This document shows positions 63,348-64,000 of a stretch of DNA of 64,000 nucleotides, piece by piece. How positions within the stretch are numbered: position 1 is the first letter of the stretch; every line of letters begins with the position of its first letter. Below the pieces are notes generated by a model. The model was not told the origin of the DNA. It saw only the letters and a program-made list of their open reading frames with translations, and searched no databases. This DNA is from Candidatus Bathyarchaeota archaeon (lineage in GTDB: Archaea; Thermoproteota; Bathyarchaeia; TCS64), in NCBI GenBank assembly GCA_963771885.1, contig CAVYVF010000007.1:32001-96000 (forward strand), in the 5' to 3' direction. The position numbers and the translations under genes are program-made.

Positions 63348-63872
63348 AACGGTGGAGTCGTGCGCATACGCCAAAAAATGCAGCTATCATGGAACTCTAT
63401 TTTTTTAAATCACTCATAGTGAAACATCTGAGACAAAATATCCAAACTAGAGTAAGAGGCGGTTTTTCATGCGTTTACGCTTGCGCAAATACTCCTGTTT
63501 GCCCCACATGCGCTATCAACAGAGCAATCTTAATCTAGCTTATTTTCATGCCTAATCGTTTACTAATTGACCAATTAAAATAAATATACATCCCAATAAA
63601 TAGCATGGTTACACCCGCTCCAAATAGGGCTAGTTTTATCTGATTATCCATACTAAATCAATTACTATCTTTTCCCCCCTTATTTATCCCTTTTTTCAAT
63701 TTATATAGCTTCAAATCTTTTCATTTAACTACTTTCAGGCAAAGTCAGGCAAACCTGCCTTTTTCAAAAATATTTAGACTAATATTGCCTAAATTAACTA
63801 AATACCGTTACTATGTGTTAAAAACAACATAAATAAGTTAGGAAACCGTTCTTAAAATCGAGGCGGGACGAC

Positions 63873-64000
63873 TTGGAGCAGACAACACTATTCAGAGCCG
63901 TCGTAGACATCTGCATCCTAATCATTCTCGCGGAACTCACCTCAACAATCGCCGCAAAACTCAATCTACCTCGAATACTCGGGCCACTCTTCGCAGGCAT
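63873..64000 (+). CDS. Cation:proton antiporter (CPA2/KefB-NapA-like), N-terminus only
   Basis: Manual translation from TTG after GAGGCGG: MEQTTLFRAVVDICILIILAELTSTIAAKLNLPRILGPLFAG. Confidence 0.65.
   Translation, partial: MEQTTLFRAVVDICILIILAELTSTIAAKLNLPRILGPLFAG

Noticed and set aside
63818..64000. 60-aa minus-strand ORF in the track
   Set aside because: The plus strand encodes a more convincing antiporter N-terminus with an RBS.
1..64000. CRISPR array, rRNA, transposase/integrase, selenocysteine recoding
   Set aside because: No regularly spaced repeats, rRNA-like sequence or recombinase motifs were seen. The replaced Cys positions are GAC/CCC codons, not TGA.

Overview
Archaeal chromosomal segment. 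Evidence: histone, G1P dehydrogenase, GGR, aCPSF1, two proteasome beta genes, FEN1, XPB-Bax1, S17e and frequent TTG starts. It is probably TACK/Bathyarchaeia-like, but that placement is an inference. The assembly looks like unpolished long-read data, because many single-base frameshifts occur, including in the normally essential FEN1. The window holds housekeeping clusters and four tRNAs (Glu-CTC, Ala-CGC, Phe-GAA, Val-GAC). A degraded accessory block lies at the 3' end of tRNA-Glu, and lower-GC blocks occur after tRNA-Val and at the right end. The most notable content is two adjacent bioenergetic operons. (1) A group-4-hydrogenase-related (Ehr/Hyf-type) membrane complex: the large subunit lacks the Ni-binding CxxC motifs, and all four proximal [4Fe-4S] cysteines of the small subunit are replaced (3x Asp, 1x Pro), so the complex appears to have no redox cofactor. 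(2) A NuoE/NuoF (HydC/HydB-like) flavin module linked to HdrB through a NuoG-N/HdrC-tail chimeric ferredoxin, with no HdrA, hydrogenase or formate dehydrogenase. Other items: a giant secreted metacaspase with Ig-like repeats, a strand-polarised GGCT/AGCC array, a Bax1 apparently lacking its nuclease domain, several genes with TTA at the expected start position, and a 33-aa C2H2 microprotein. All family assignments come from motif recognition by eye; no searches were run.
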